A stretch of DNA of 64,000 nt from Lama guanicoe (Eukaryota). Shown in pieces: positions 1 through 13,800 of this stretch. The notes beneath the pieces were generated by a model that worked only from the letters and a program-made list of their open reading frames with translations, ran no database searches and was not told the DNA's origin. Made by a program: the position numbers and the translations under genes. Numbering within the stretch: the stretch's first letter is position 1; each line of letters begins with the position of its first letter. The stretch lies in the NCBI GenBank assembly GCA_013239625.1, contig MU057069.1:1298018-1362017 (forward strand). The letters run 5' to 3'.

Positions 1-1256
1 TTGCCAAGTTCAGACCAGTTCACGGCCTGCAAACAGAGCCCCAAACCAGATGCCAGACAGCCCTGCAGCCTGTCCAGACGGTGTCCCAGCCCCTGCAGCC
101 TTGCACACAAGCCTGGGTTAACTGTGCTGAGTTGTGAGCACTTTCCCATGTGGAAAGGGTGCCCCCCAAACCTGGACCCTCCCCCCCTCCCTGGGCAGGG
201 GCTTCAGCACATGGGGCTTCTCACACCTCCTCCCCGGGGGCCCCATGCCCCTAACGTTTCCCCACGATGACCCCTAGGTTGTTTACATCACCGGCACATG
301 TGCTGTAACACAACTTCAATTAACTGAACTTACTAAGAAACGTGTTTCCAGAAAAGAGAGGAGGAGAGGTTTTGTGTTCCACACGCTGCAGGTGGATCTG
401 TGGTCCACTGGGGATGGGCTTCTGAGTGTTGGGTGGGGTTGGTGTCCAGGTGATGTTTGCTTCCAGGTGGGCGGCCACCTGGCCAAGTGCCGTTTCCCAA
501 AAACCTCCCTCCCTGCAGTGGCCCCATGCCCCCAGCGGGTGGTCTGTAGCACAGGGGCCTCTGCGTCTGGGCTGTTCTGTCCACCAGCTTGTCTGTCCCG
601 TGCACACACATGTGCCTTCATTACGTCACTTTCTAGGTGTGTTTAAATTGCTCTCAGTGGTGCTCTGTGCAGAGGTCTTGCACGTCTTTTGTTCAGCAGT
701 TTGCAGGTTTTGAGACTAGTGCAATACATTGTTGGAATTTCATTTTCCCCTTTTTGCTGCTTACGTGCACAAACATAGCTGACTTCTGTTTTTTGAGCCC
801 GTATCCGGGGCCCTGTGTCCACTCACGGGGTCTCAGGGCTCACGCCGGCATCTGGCCCACACAGGTGCACATTCGGTGTTGGTGTGCCTTCAGGTCCCTG
901 TGATTCTGCTTCTTCTTGCCTCGTCAAGCCTGGACCAGAAGTGGTGTGGGGTGGCGGCACCCTGGCACCACATGTGTGTCGTGTGCTATCTGCCCTGGCT
1001 TACTCAGCAGTGGGGCGGGAGCAGGGCCCCTTCCCCGGGACCCGGCACCTGGGCCAGTTGTCTTACCACGTGTGCACCGCCTCGCCCTCTGGTCCCCATC
1101 GGGCTTGTCTCCTCTGGTTTCGTGCCGAGGGGAGCCAGCAGCTTTGGGCAGGTGGAGGGAGGCCCCCTGTCCTTGGTGGCTTGGGGTCCGGGCGGGAGGA
1201 CGGCTGGTGCAGCTCGGGGAAGCAGCCAGGGCCGCAGTCTCCATGACATCCTGCAG

Positions 1257-4200
1257 GTGAACCCGGACACCGGCTACATCAACTATGACCAGCTGGAGGA
1301 GAACGCCCGCCTCTTCCACCCGAAGCTGATCATCGCAGGTGAGAAGCGCGCAGCACTCAGCAGACCCCGTGCCTCGTACAGATCGAGGACCTGGCCCTGC
1401 CCCCACACCACCCTCGCTCCCTGCTGGTCTCTGCTGTGGGCGCTGAGCTGCTGGGGTCTAAGTGCATCCTTTCGTCTCAGGACAAGTGTCCCGTTTGCCA
1501 CAGTGGGTCTAGGCTGCTCTTGAGAAGCATCTGGACGTGTTAACCGACTAGTTAGGGTGTAACGGCTGGGGACCCCCCAACTACGTGACCTGGGGCAGAG
1601 CAGAGTCGCCTTTGCACAGAGACGTTTTGCAGGGGTCCCTCCTTTCTGTTCTCGGAGGTCTCAGGGGGACAGACCAGCTTGCAAATGCGCCCACCCAAGG
1701 CAGCCCTGTGCTTGAGCCAGCCGCTGGCCGTGAGTGGCTCTCACCCGTGTCACCTCTGCCGCCTCAGGAACCAGCTGCTATTCCCGGAACCTGGACTACG
1801 CCCGGCTGCGGAAGATCGCAGACGACAATGGGGCGTATCTCATGGCTGACATGGCGCACATCAGCGGGCTGGTGGCGGCCGGCGTGGTGCCCTCCCCCTT
1901 TGAGCACTGCCACGTGGTGTCCACCACCACACACAAGACCCTGAGGGGCTGCCGCGCCGGCATGATCTTCTACAGGAAAGGTGGGCTGCTGGGTGTGGGC
2001 GGGGCCCTCCTCCGCGGGGCTCACACTCCATCGAGGGAGCTGGGGAGACTGACCAGGGACCCCGGGGGTGTTGGGGTCCCTTCAAGAGCTCCTTGGCAGG
2101 GGCAGCAACAGGCCTCAGGGAAGGGATCTGGAAGGAAGCCCTGAGCGCAGCCCCCTGGGCCCTGGGTAGGGAGGAGGAGGAGGGACATCGTGCTGGTGCC
2201 GGTGTCCTGTGCCACCTTTCCTCCCCATGAGAGGACCCCGCAGGGTGACAGGAAGGTGTGCGCAGGTGGCCGGGGGCTCCGGGCGGCCCCGCGGCGCGGC
2301 GTTGTTCCGGGGAACTTACTACAGCATGTTTCTCCCAGAGAAGGATCCACAGTAGTCAGACTATGAGATGCTGAGGTGCAGATCTCTACCACGGTGTCAC
2401 TTAGTGAGGAATTTCTCCTTCCAGCAACAGCTCAGCTCGCGTGTGGTGCTCCCCTTCCCTGGGAGTCCCACTCCAGAGCTGAGGGCCCCGGGGCCCAGCA
2501 GCCTAGCGTCAGGGAGGGAGTAGCCCCTGGTGACCGATTTCTCTTCATCCCCCGCGGGGTCTCCTCACCCAGGCCCTGTTGCCCGCTTGGCTTCTCGGGG
2601 CCCTTCCTTAGCTGGGTTACGGCTTCTGAGGCAGGCAGCCTCGCCCCAGATGCTCTGTGTGACCCTGGGCCAGCCACGCAGCCTCTCTGTGCCGTCTCCT
2701 CACCTGCTGAGCAAGGGCCTTGTAACAGTACCCGCCCCTCCGGCTGGCCGCTGGCCGAAGTGAGGATTAAGTGATGCCCTAGGGGAAGCCCTGGCTCACG
2801 GCAGAGAGGCTGGTGCATTATCTTCTTCTCGGAAAGGAAGCTCCTTCCCCGCCTCCTTGGAGGGCGTCCCCGGGGAAGGCTACCCTCTTGGGCGCTCCTC
2901 TGAGGAAGCATGCCCTGGCGTAGTCTGTTCCAGCCTCAGAGGAGGGAGAAGTTTGTCCTTTCGTCCGTGGACGGTGGTCCACCCTCCAGAAGCCGGTGCC
3001 CCGTCTGCTCTGCAGAGTTTCTGACCGGCCTCGCCTCTAGGAGGGGGGGGCCCGGCTGGGTCTAAGTCCAGGGAGGAGGAAACCCAGGCGGGGGACAGCG
3101 GGGGCGGCCGTCTGACGTCTCCCTTCACCCAGGAGTGCGCAGCGTGGATCCCAAGACAGGCAGAGAGACTCAGTACAACCTGGAGCTGCTCATCAACTCC
3201 GCTGTGTTCCCAGGCCTGCAGGGTGGCCCCCACAACCACGCCATCGCTGGTAACGTGTTGCCCGCCCAGCTGGAGCCCCGGCCCGCGCACTCCAGTGGGC
3301 CTCCCGTGTGGCTTGCCCCGTGGCCCGCTTCCCGTGTTGGAGACGCTACCAGGGAGAGAAGGAACAGAGAGGGGCAGCTCTTGCACTGGGTGGGGCCAGG
3401 CCTCCTGTGCAGCGCCCCTGGGAAGCCACGAGGAAGGGCCTGACAACAGAGCAGGGAACTCTGGGCAGTGGGTGGGCCCCCTTCCAGCCCTTCCACACAG
3501 ACCGGGCTCCTGTGCTGGGACTCGGCATACGCTCTGCCTCCTCCTCCATCATCTGTGCCCCTTCAAGCTGCCCTGGGGACAGAACAAGGCAGCAGATGAG
3601 TGCAGCGCACGCTGCGTGACTGGGCATCTGAGCAGCAGCAGGGGGTGGCTGTGTCCCTCACACCCACTGGGCTTAACAAGGATGTGAGGTCCATGCTGGG
3701 GACAGCTCCCCTGTGGTAACTGCACCAGCATAGACTTCGCGCTGGAGGTGGAGCCGGGTGACTGCAGGGCTAAAATACGTCACCTGGGAGGGAGTGTCAC
3801 CCACCCCCTCGGTGACCTTGGGAAGCAAGGAGGCTGGATGAAACTGAGTGTTTCTGCCTTTGGACCCTGTCCTGACGTCTTATCCCTCCCTCCCAGGGGT
3901 CGCCGTGGCTCTGAAGCAGGCCATGACTCCGGAATTCAGAGTCTACCAGCGCCAGTTGGTGGCCAACTGCAGGGCGCTGGCCGAGGCTTTGATGGGACTG
4001 GGCTACAAGGTGGTCACAGGTACGACAGGGACCCAGCCCGGGAGGCAGCCCTACTCCCTGGGGCTGTGTGAGCCTCACCCATTCTGTCGGGGTGTGGCTG
4101 CAGCCACGGGGGAGTCGGGACCACCTCAGAGGCGTCAGCGAGGCCCTCGGCCCCCTTCCGTGCACAATACCTCCGTGGCTGGACCACAGACAAGGGTGAT

Positions 4201-6674
4201 GGTGGCTGCCCTCTGTCCCCACCTGTGGGACCACCGTCATCGGCCAGCTTTCTGAAAGGGCCCCCCGAGGAGGGCGAGTCAGGCACCAGCAGTCACAGCG
4301 CAGCGGTGGGGGGCAGGGGCAGGAGAACTCTGTCCCTCGGAGTGTCCGCAGCCACCTCGGGTCAGGTGCAACACTGGACGGGGACCTGAGTGACCCCGAG
4401 TGAGGTGGGCTTCTCAGGTGAGGCCCGACCTGGGGGTCCCCACAGGTCACAGTTAGGGCAGCGTTTCCCTGGCAGCAGTGCCGTCTCAGTCCACTGGCCC
4501 TGGGTGGCCCCGTGTGCGGGGGAGGGTGCGTGTCTCTAACCAGCACCCAGGGAATGCCGGTTTGGGAAGCAAGCTTAGTGTCCCAGGGACGCAGGCCAAG
4601 CTCTGTCTCGCTGCGGGCGCCACGCAGCAGCCCTGGCAGCCGGCGCTGCTCCCTGGGGCCCACGCCATGGGCGGCGGAAGCAGAGGTGGTGGACCCCGCG
4701 TCGTGCCCGGCTCTGGCCAACCGCTGTCTGCACAACCTCACTCACCTCACGACAGCCTTGCAAGTTATTGGTCTTATTTTGCAAATGGCCGCCTGAGGTC
4801 CCCAAGCGCTGAGCTGCCTGACCAAAGCCTCGTGGCTGAGGGTGTACGGTGGGTCCAGAGCCAGGTCGGCTCAGCCCACGTGCACCTCTCAAGTTGCAGC
4901 TGTCACCCGAGGCAACGCCTGGGATAGCGGGAGTTCAAAGTGAAGGTCAGGTGCTCGGAAGATTCCTGGATGGCCTCTGGCCATTCTAGAAAGTTCCTGT
5001 ACCTTCTGCACCCTCATCTGCACCACTATGAAGATACCATCACCCTCGCGGGATGAGGGATAAAACACGCCGCGGGCTGGCAGTGCCCCCCTACGTCCGC
5101 GGTGGTTACCCCCTGGAACGCCCAGTGCCTGCCGCTCTGAGGCCGCCTTGGAGGGAGCCTTGAGGATCAGTTTAGAGGCAGTGGGGGACATTCTCAAGTG
5201 CTGCTGTCACCCCGACAGGCTCCCAGGCACTGCCTGGCCCCTGGTGTGTGGGCAGGTGGCGGTGGGCGGCCTGGGCTGGCCGCTTTCCCTCAGCCTCACG
5301 GCCCATCCACTTCCCCAGGTACCCTTTTTGAACTACTCCTTCCTCTCTGACTCTCAGGCCCTGGGGCACCTGGTCATTAGCAGGTGATGGAAGCCTTCCA
5401 GGACGCGTGCTGGGGGTCACCTTCCTCACCTCATCTGGTGTAGCCCCCTGCACCCCACCCCAGTTTCTTTGGAGGAGATTCTGTTTTCCCACATGTCCAA
5501 CCCGGTTTCCAGGTGGTTCTGACAACCATCTGATCCTCGTGGACCTCCGATCCAAAGGCACGGATGGCGGCAGGGCCGAGAAGGTGCTGGAAGCCTGTTC
5601 CATCGCTTGCAACAAGAACACCTGCCCAGGTGGGCCTCCTTGGTCCTCTCTTCCATGCCTTTCCGTCAGCGCTCCTCTTGGCCGATGGTGACATGGCTCT
5701 GGGGACAGGCATCAGATGATCTGGGGCAGACCTCACAGTGGACGGCAGCTGGGCCGTGGCTCTCCCAGCTGCCCCCTCCCATGCGGCTCTGACCCTCAGT
5801 GGTGGAGAGAGGAGGCTGAGGTCAAGTGCTCAGAGGTGAGAGGGCACCTGAAGGTGAGGCGGCTGCCTCTGGAAAACTGGCTGGATTTCTCAGTGGGTTG
5901 CAAGTAAGATGCGGGCAACGCACCTCGAACCTGGATAGACGCTGGCCTCATCGACAGAACAGGATCTGCATGGCAGAGGGTGACTTCCTTACTGTCTGAA
6001 GTAGAGCAGCCCACGCAGGCCTGCTCCTGCCCGCAGCGGGACCGGCTGTACCTTTGGCCCAAGTGCCCCTTCCTGGCGCATGGTGGGCAGTGGTGAGATG
6101 GCTGAGGCCCAGATGGCCTGTTACTCTTGTAGGTGACAAAAGTGCACTGCGGCCCAGCGGGCTGCGGCTGGGGACTCCTGCGCTGACGTCCCGGGGACTT
6201 TTAGAAGAAGATTTCCGAAAAGTCGCCCAGTTTATTCACAAAGGTAAGGGGAGGGGTGTGGATGCTGGCTATGCCGGGTCATGTATGCAGGGCCCCACTC
6301 AGGACCGAGCGGCTGGACTGGAGGACGGCCCTGCTCCAGGCCGAGCACTGGGCCAGGCCAGAACCGTCACTGCAAACCGTGGGGTCTGGGGTGGCGGCTC
6401 ATCCTGCCCATGTGAGGGGCATCTAGGAAGCAGGTCTGGGGGAGTGCCGAGGGCACGCAGGCAGGAGGGTCCGGGGACTGGCTTGTCTCCTGCCTACACA
6501 GGGATACAACTGACCCTGCAAATCCAGGATGCCGTGGGAGGCAGGGCCACCCTGAAGGAGTTCACGGAGAAGCTGGCGGGGGAAGAGGCGCACCGGCGGG
6601 CCCTGGGGGCTCTCCGGGCAGAGGTGGAGAGCTTTGCCTCCCTCTTTCCTCTGCCCGGCCTGCCTGACTTCTAG
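1257..6674 (+). CDS. SHMT1: Cytosolic serine hydroxymethyltransferase, 3' part (last 7 coding exons; 5' exons lie upstream of the window)
   Basis: GT-AG exons 1257-1338, 1768-1980, 3133-3249, 3897-4019, 5513-5629, 6133-6243, 6502-6674(TAG) join in frame: [28 protein letters not shown]...[12 protein letters not shown]...TTTHKTLRG (PLP-binding Lys, codon 1935-1937)...[11 protein letters not shown]...GGSDNHL...[11 protein letters not shown]. Confidence 0.98.
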
Positions 6675-7384
6675 AGCTGACGTCTGAGGGCCCAGTGCCG
6701 TTCTGGGGCCCCACACGGATGGTCGGCTCCCTCCAGTCCTCCGAGAGGCTTTTTTTGGACTTTGCTACGTTACCGTCTTCACAAGTCAAAATTTAAGGCT
6801 CATTGTTAGTAATTCTGGGACAAGTTATTAGGGAGTTTAAATTTGAACCTCACTTTCTCACTGCTACATATATATGGTTACTCTGGAAAAATGAAATACA
6901 ATTTAGCCATTCAATCTTAATTATCTAGACCGTAGAGCAGAGCAGAGCTACTGGGAAGGTTCCAGTAATTTTACTCACTCTGCTCTTAAGAGTCCCTGGG
7001 CTTCCTCCAGACTCGCCACGGCAGATAAGGAACAAAGTCGAGCTTGTAAAAGCTGCCCGTTGACAGCTGTTCCCCAAAGGGGGGCTGAATTAACAACCGT
7101 TGCAGTCGAGGCAGGAAAGTCCTGACCCTTCTGCCATGTGCCTTTGATCTGAATCCTAAGTTACAAAGTCTATTCCAGGTGCCACCCAGCTCGCTGGGAG
7201 TCCCTCTCTCCGCACCTGGGGACACATGTAGTCCCCTGCCCCAGACCCCAAGACAGGTGGGCAAGCCGGGGGAACCTAGTTCCCATCCTCTGTGCACGTC
7301 AGCTGGGGCCTTCCTGCCCAGTGCGAGGTGCCCACCCCCACCTCCTCTGTAGTTGGGAAGCCAGACGTCACCTTCCCACAGAAA

Positions 7385-7390
7385 TTTATT
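7385..7390 (-). terminator. Poly(A) signal AATAAA of SMCR8 (about 3.5 kb 3'UTR)
   Basis: TTTATT on +; the first canonical hexamer I found on - downstream of the SMCR8 stop at 10896. Confidence 0.7.
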
Positions 7391-7520
7391 TTTCACAAAG
7401 CTGAAGTGCAAAACAGACGACCCTTTGTAATATGCACAAATTTTAACCACGGAACATCTACAAGAATGATAGCTTTAAAAAATACAACTGACTTTTGTGT
7501 TTCAAAAATAGCTTAACTCA

Positions 7521-7526
7521 AATAAA
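7521..7526 (+). terminator. Poly(A) signal AATAAA of SHMT1
   Basis: First AATAAA I found on + after the SHMT1 stop, in an AT-rich patch. Confidence 0.75.
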
Positions 7527-10500
7527 TTAATTTCTTTAAAAGTACTCTCCTCACACCACCTGTCTGGCATTCCTCTGGTCAAAGTCCGGCGTAGCTGTGC
7601 CTGGCGCTGTGGGCCTTGCTCCTCGCTGGAGCCTTGCCGGGTGGGAGCCCCGGAGCCAAACAGTCACTCCCAGGAGGCCGGGCACAAACCAGCAGCTTAA
7701 TTCACTACAAAGCGCTCCCAGCCTCCCGCCCGCCACGGCCACACCCCAATCATAATCGCAGGGCCAGAGGCGGCTGGCACGCAGGGGGACGGGCTCAGGA
7801 AAGCTGGGTGTGCTGAGGCCCCATCAGCCGCTCCTTTCTCAGTCTGTTGGTGCCATCTCTCCCTTGAAGAGTCCAGTGTGGCCAGTGTCTATGAGTGCTG
7901 GGGAAAAGCCAGAACGCTCACTGGTTTGCCTCAAAGCACGAACCAAGGCACTTTCTTGAGCCTCTAGGAAGACAGCAGGTAAAATGTGATCGCTGGCTTG
8001 GGGGACTGGCACCCCCGAGGGCTGAGGAGGGCCGCCACCTGTGCAGACAGCACGGCAGCAGTGTGCGAAGCTGGCCAGCGGGCAACAGGAGGCCGGGAGA
8101 TAGGGGCACGCGCCTGGCGCTGGCAGGAGTGGGCAGCACGCGTGCAGGCGCCGGCCTCCAGGCTGAGTGGTCTCCAGGGGTGCGAGCTGCGGGGCCCTGG
8201 CCTGGGCAGGAGCCACCGGCCCTCGGAGGACCTGAAGTGGGACTGTTGCTTGTTTAGGTGTGAAGCCTATGACACTGTGAACATAGCAACTGGTCCGAAA
8301 CAATTAAAACTAGGTGGGGAAGACAGGAGAGCCATTCACGGCTTATTTCCGGTCCCTGGTGCACCGTGTGTAACTTCAGCCGGTGCAGTGCATCGGGGAA
8401 AGTCTGCTTCTAAAACCCGGGTTCCACTCAAGGAGCAAGGCCCTAGGACCCGGGTGCTGTGAAGGGTTTGGCTGATCTCTAAGCTGGAGGTCACCGCTGC
8501 AGAATCGCTCGTCCGAGCGGGCTCTTCTTGACCTGGCCTTACCTGGACCTGCTTTCAGAGGGGGGAGGGCAGGAAGTGGAACAAACCTCAAAACTTGGGT
8601 GCCTACGCCTTCAGCGCAACCCTCAGGATGGAAGGAAGTAACAAGGGGCACAGGTCCTCTGCTGTCTGCGAGGGTTTGAAGTGTTCAGACGCTTGCTGGC
8701 CTGTGACGTGAGGAAAACCTGCAGTGAAGACTCCCGGGGACAGTGGCCCGCTGCCGGCCCAGCACCTGGGCTGCAGATGCACTGGGGGCTTCCGGTGGGC
8801 CCCGCCCTCAAAGCGGCGGGGTCAGGCGGCTGTCTGCCCAGTGGGCCCAGGGCTGGTCCTCCTGCAGGACCCCTTTGAGGAGACGCACATGGGGTATCAA
8901 GCAGTCCTTCAAAACTGCCACACTGCAAAGTTAAGGTTTCGACCAAAATTTCCGTGCAGGAATTCAACCACTAGTCAGTGAGGCCGACTCGACTCAGTGA
9001 AGGAACGGCTCTGAGAGAGGCTCCTGAGTGCCCTCTGTGGCCACCCCGTGGCAGTCTGTTCTGCTCTCACCCCAGCGTCCTCGGGGCCTCCTGACCATCT
9101 GAGGCGAAGCTTCCGCACAAAGTCCTCAGAGTGGACGTGTGCCTGACTCAGCCTTTTCCAGCTTCCCAGGGGAGCAGTGCCACCTGCGGAGTCTGGGCTG
9201 GCAGCCCAGTCATTGCTTCCATCTGGGCTTTTGGCCCCAAGGGCCGCTCTTCCCTCTGAGACAAGATGTCACAAGCTCGTGCCCCTGGAGCCCAAGCAGG
9301 CGGCCACCAGCCCCCTACTTAGAAAGCAGAGCAGCATCTGAGCTGGACGGTGGGTGACAGGAGGGCAGCCTTCACGCTGGTGCACGCTGCCCATTCAGAA
9401 GCTGCCGGCACGTCCCTGGAGATGCCTCTGCGGACAAACATGTGACGCCAAGGAGACGGAAGCAGCAGCGCTGCCACAGACCAGGCTCGGTCACACCCTC
9501 CGACGGGAATGGGGACCCTGACCAGAAGCCCAGGCAGGGAAGGGCTGCACGGGTGGCGCAACGCAAAGCCTCCCAGTGCGCCAGGGCTCTCTGCGCCCTC
9601 CGGACACTGTGCTGTGTCACGGAGCAGGCGGCAGGACCCCACCGACGTGGACCCAGGCCCCGCAGACGTGCACACGTGCTTGGGAGCAACCACTGTGGCT
9701 GGTTCAGGTCTGTTTTATCACAATTTGGGGGAACAAATTAAAAAGCAGGAGTACTAAGCATTCTCCCTAGAGAAAAACAGCTTAAGAAAAAAAGGTACGG
9801 AGTTTCCCAGGTTGCAAGAAACCGTCCATCAGCACACCAGCGTCACTGTGAAGGGGACGTGGGGGGGTCCTGGTGGGTGAACTGGGGAGCAGCTCCTTCA
9901 CAGGGGGAGGTGGACTCAGCGGGGGCCAAGGGAGCTCCTGTGAGCTGCGTGCACCCCAGGCCGGCATGGCCTCCCCAAGGCAGATCACGAAATTGGCCAC
10001 ATGCAGCCTTCCCGGAGGAAATCGCAGCCCAGCAGGCCGACCAGAATCCAGCTGCCACCGTATCCATGAGAGCCCTCGAGGTAGTGAAGTGGTTGCAAAG
10101 GTTTGCTGTGGGTGAGGACTTGGGTGACCCCTGCTGGGCTCCAGCACGTCTACAGACCCTCCCCGAGAGTACGGTGTAAATACTCTGGCCACAAAAGCTG
10201 GGGGAAGGGCTGGGAGCCTGCCAGCTCCTCCTAGCTCTCATGGGGGGACATCTCATGGCCCCTGGCTCCCCACCACCGAGAGCAGTTCTGACAAATGGGG
10301 ACTCTGGTCACTCCTGCTGACCCCAGGAGCGACTTCCAAGGGCGCTTGGTAAGAAAGCGAGGATGGGACAGGGCTCTGTGCTCTCCCTGTGGCCGTGGGG
10401 CCTGGCTGCACTTTCTCCCTGCACCTCACTTGCTCAGGGCCCCCAGGGATGGTTGCTCTGTGATGCTGAACAGAGGGCGCCACTGGGGTCTGAACGAGGC

Positions 10501-10895
10501 GATGGCTGTTCCACAAAATCCTTCAGTGAATAGCTGTGTCCCGAGTGCTCAGAGGAGTGGCCGGCGGCCCACGCAGTCCTCCCAGGCGGCCCCGCCTTCT
10601 TGCACCACAGTGCACCATCAAGGCATCCTGCCCTGGCTCCCGGTCCCTGGGCAGCCGGGAGCCCCCGCCTACCCCAGGCTGCTCCTCTCCGGGGGGCGGA
10701 GACTGTCACCATCTTTCCAGGCACCTCCAGGGGGCCAGCCCCCACGACCCCCGGAGCCACCTGGGACCCAGGGCTGCCCTCTTGGTTTCCTCCCTGCTGC
10801 TGCCTGAAGTCCACACGGCTGAGAGGACCCCACTGGTCATGCCACTCCTCCCCAGACTGAATCACAGGTCTTGGTCATAGTGGCCGGGAACAACC

Positions 10896-13800
10896 TCAGA
10901 TTTTGTACAGAAAGCTGGGGACGTAGTCAAACCTGAGCGTGGGCTGAATGGCCCCGGGGTGCTCCTGTGTGTAGTGCAGCCTCAGCAGCTCGGCCAGGTA
11001 CTGGACCACCTTGACGTCTTCGTTCACCAGGCCCAGGCTCAGCTGCAGGAAGCTGGCCTGGCGGCTGGCGGCTGCCGCCTCCGCCTCCCGGCCGCGGGTG
11101 GGCAGATGCAGGTGGTGGCAGAAGGTGTAGAGGAAGGCCTTGGCGCACAGCTGGGCGAGCACGCTCTGCACATGCATGTAGTAGGTGCTGCCCCGCCGGA
11201 TGTGGGTGCGGCGGTCTGCCAGCCGTGGCACCAGGGTGCCTCTGTACAGGGGGCAGCGCAGCGTCTTCCTGTCCAGGTCCAGGACGCTCGTGTAGCGGCT
11301 GTAGCGGCTCAGGGCGTGCAGGGCGCCGGTGCCGGCGGGGGACGTGGCTCTGAAACACACACACATGTCAGGAGGCAGGAGCCCAGGAGGGGAGCCCAGC
11401 CCAGTGGCCACTCTCTGCCCATCACCACATTCGGACGCTCCTCACCCTCCACGACCAAGGGGAGAGCCCGGGAAGACCCACGAGGCCCCAACGACTCGCC
11501 TCCTGCTGGCCTCTGAGGCCCCATCTGTGGCTTCCCGGTGACTCCCTTGCAGCCACGCCAAGCTTTCCACAGGGCCGCAAAATCGAGGGCCTGTCTGCTC
11601 TGCCCGGAACACCCGCCCTCCCTCCTGTACTGGCTCACGCCGATGTCAGACCCGTCCAGCCTCCCTGAGCCCCAAACCCGTCCTTGCTCTTCTGCCTTCC
11701 TGCTCTGGCCTTGGTCCAGCGCCTTACCTTCTGAACCTCATTTGTGAGGTAGAGAATGGTCCCAACCCCGTGGGTCACTGTGGAGGCAGAGGGAGTTGTG
11801 CTCAGGACAGCACAATCACCTCAGCCTGCCACTGACCAGTGGGGCGGCTCAGGACCATACCCCATGCTGCGCCCGGCACGTTGGAGGCAGGCAGGCAGAG
11901 TTCATTCGGCGAGGCAAGGAGGCTGGAGTGTCCAGCCTCAGGAAGCCGCCCCCAACAACACCCTCTAGACCAGGTCTCCTGGAGGATCAGGGATTACCCT
12001 GAGGAGCTCGGCAAATGGCTGCTGACCAGCGATTCACCCACCAGGAGGCCAGCAGACCTCGGGCAGCCGTGATTTAAAAAAATTCTTCCAATTCATTCTG
12101 ACACAGTAGGGCGCAGACCAGGGCTGGCATTAACTGAGGAACTGCAGCCCTCAAGAGACGGAGCGGGACGTGGGCCCAGGACGGGGAATGATTTCCCAAA
12201 AGCGACTCAGTGGGTAGGTGCTGGGCCCGCCTGGAAGCCAGGCCTCCTGGTTCCGGGTCCCTCACACCGATCTGTGAACCTCCCTGAGAGGGACGTCCAT
12301 CGGAAGCCTCCTCTCCACCTGGCCAGGGCCCATCCCCACCACCCGGAACCAATTACCTCTGCAGGCCAATAAGCTTCCACTTCTGAAAATCCGAAATATG
12401 CAGCGGAGAGGAGACCCAGTGCTTCACAGGTTTCGCACAGCAGCCGTAGTTGGGGACAAAGATGGACAATGCTGTCACGAGTTTCCTGACCATGGCCTCT
12501 TCCTCCCCCAACACCACAAGTGTCCTCCCGCTGAGTAGGGAGTAGATGGCCGGGTGGGCAAAGGGGTACTGGCGGATGAACTTTAAGGCGTTCTGGCCGG
12601 CCCTCTTCTTATGCCTCTCGGAAGAGGGGCCGGTGGGGTGAGCGGAGGAGGGCGTCCTGTCCGAGCTGGTGGAGGCGGCGCTGCTCACACAGCTGGTGCT
12701 GTCCGAGTAGTTGTCCAGGCTGGTCTTGCTGCTGTCCCGGCTGGCCAGCAGGTGGCTTGGGTCTAGCTCATAGGCAGGGAAGCCTTCGGAACTGTGGTCT
12801 CGGGAAGAAAGGTTGGAGTTTTCCATGGCGAAGTCCACATGGAAGCCCTGGTCCTTCTGCCTGGAGCGCTGTGGGGGGGTGCTCACGACCCCCTCCTCGT
12901 CAGAGAGTGTGAGGGCTGGAGGGGAGAGGGGCACCTGCGAACCCCTGGTCTCCTTCCCGATGCAGCAGGAGGCATCTGTCTGCAGCGGTGTGTTTTCCAC
13001 GCTGCCCTCCTCGGCCTCCCCTGGCTCTGGCGGGCTGGTGCCTACCTGGAAGTGGATGGCTCCCTCGCCGTCGTCCGCATATGACTCTTCCTCGTTAATG
13101 GCACTTGGGTAGCTGGCCTTAAAATCGTCAGGGATGAGAGCCTCAGAAGGGCAGGTGCTGAGGACTTCAATACTGTCCTCGCTGATGGTTCTGTGGCTGA
13201 CTGCTTTGCTCCGGACCACCTGCGGGCTCAAGGACACCGTCAGGCTGCCCTGGCTGTCAGACTTGAATAGCACAGAGGTGTCCTTCTCGGTGCCCAGAAC
13301 CTCAATGCTTTCACCGCTGCTGATGCTCCCTTTCATGTCCATGTCCTGGCATTTCAAGTTGTCCTGGGGGTCAAAACTGCCCGATTCTGTTCCCTCCACT
13401 TCCTTGTACTCCTCATCACCAAGCTCCTGCTCCATCTTGATCAGCACAGACTCCACGCTGGACCTGTAGGAGCCCACGCTAATTAACACCTGGGGAATTG
13501 GGCATTTCTCCAGAGACCTGGAAGGTGGCCTATCTTGGCTAGGCTCAGCGGGTGCACTCTCCTGTCTCACTACCGCCCTGTCGTCGGCCTCTGCAAAGTC
13601 TTCAAAGAGAAAGTTGGTCACGTGCTGCTGCTTCAGGAGGGCTCTGTCGATCTGGCTGGTCAGGAGGTAGCACAGGTCTCCTCTGAACATGCGCTCAATG
13701 TGGCTGAGCTGAGCCAGCGTCTGGGTGAAATAGTCGGTGTCACAGAGCTCCTCCAGGGTTTTCAACTTTTTGTCAAAACACTTGGTGGACTTCGCTTTGA

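Noticed and set aside
1185-1256. Intron end resembling the position and sequence of human mirtron MIR6778 in SHMT1
   Set aside because: The resemblance is from memory only and I could not see a convincing hairpin here; it needs folding and small-RNA data.
7839-10880. Numerous ORFs between SHMT1 and SMCR8
   Set aside because: The region is best explained as the SMCR8 3'UTR; the ORFs show no homology or exon structure.
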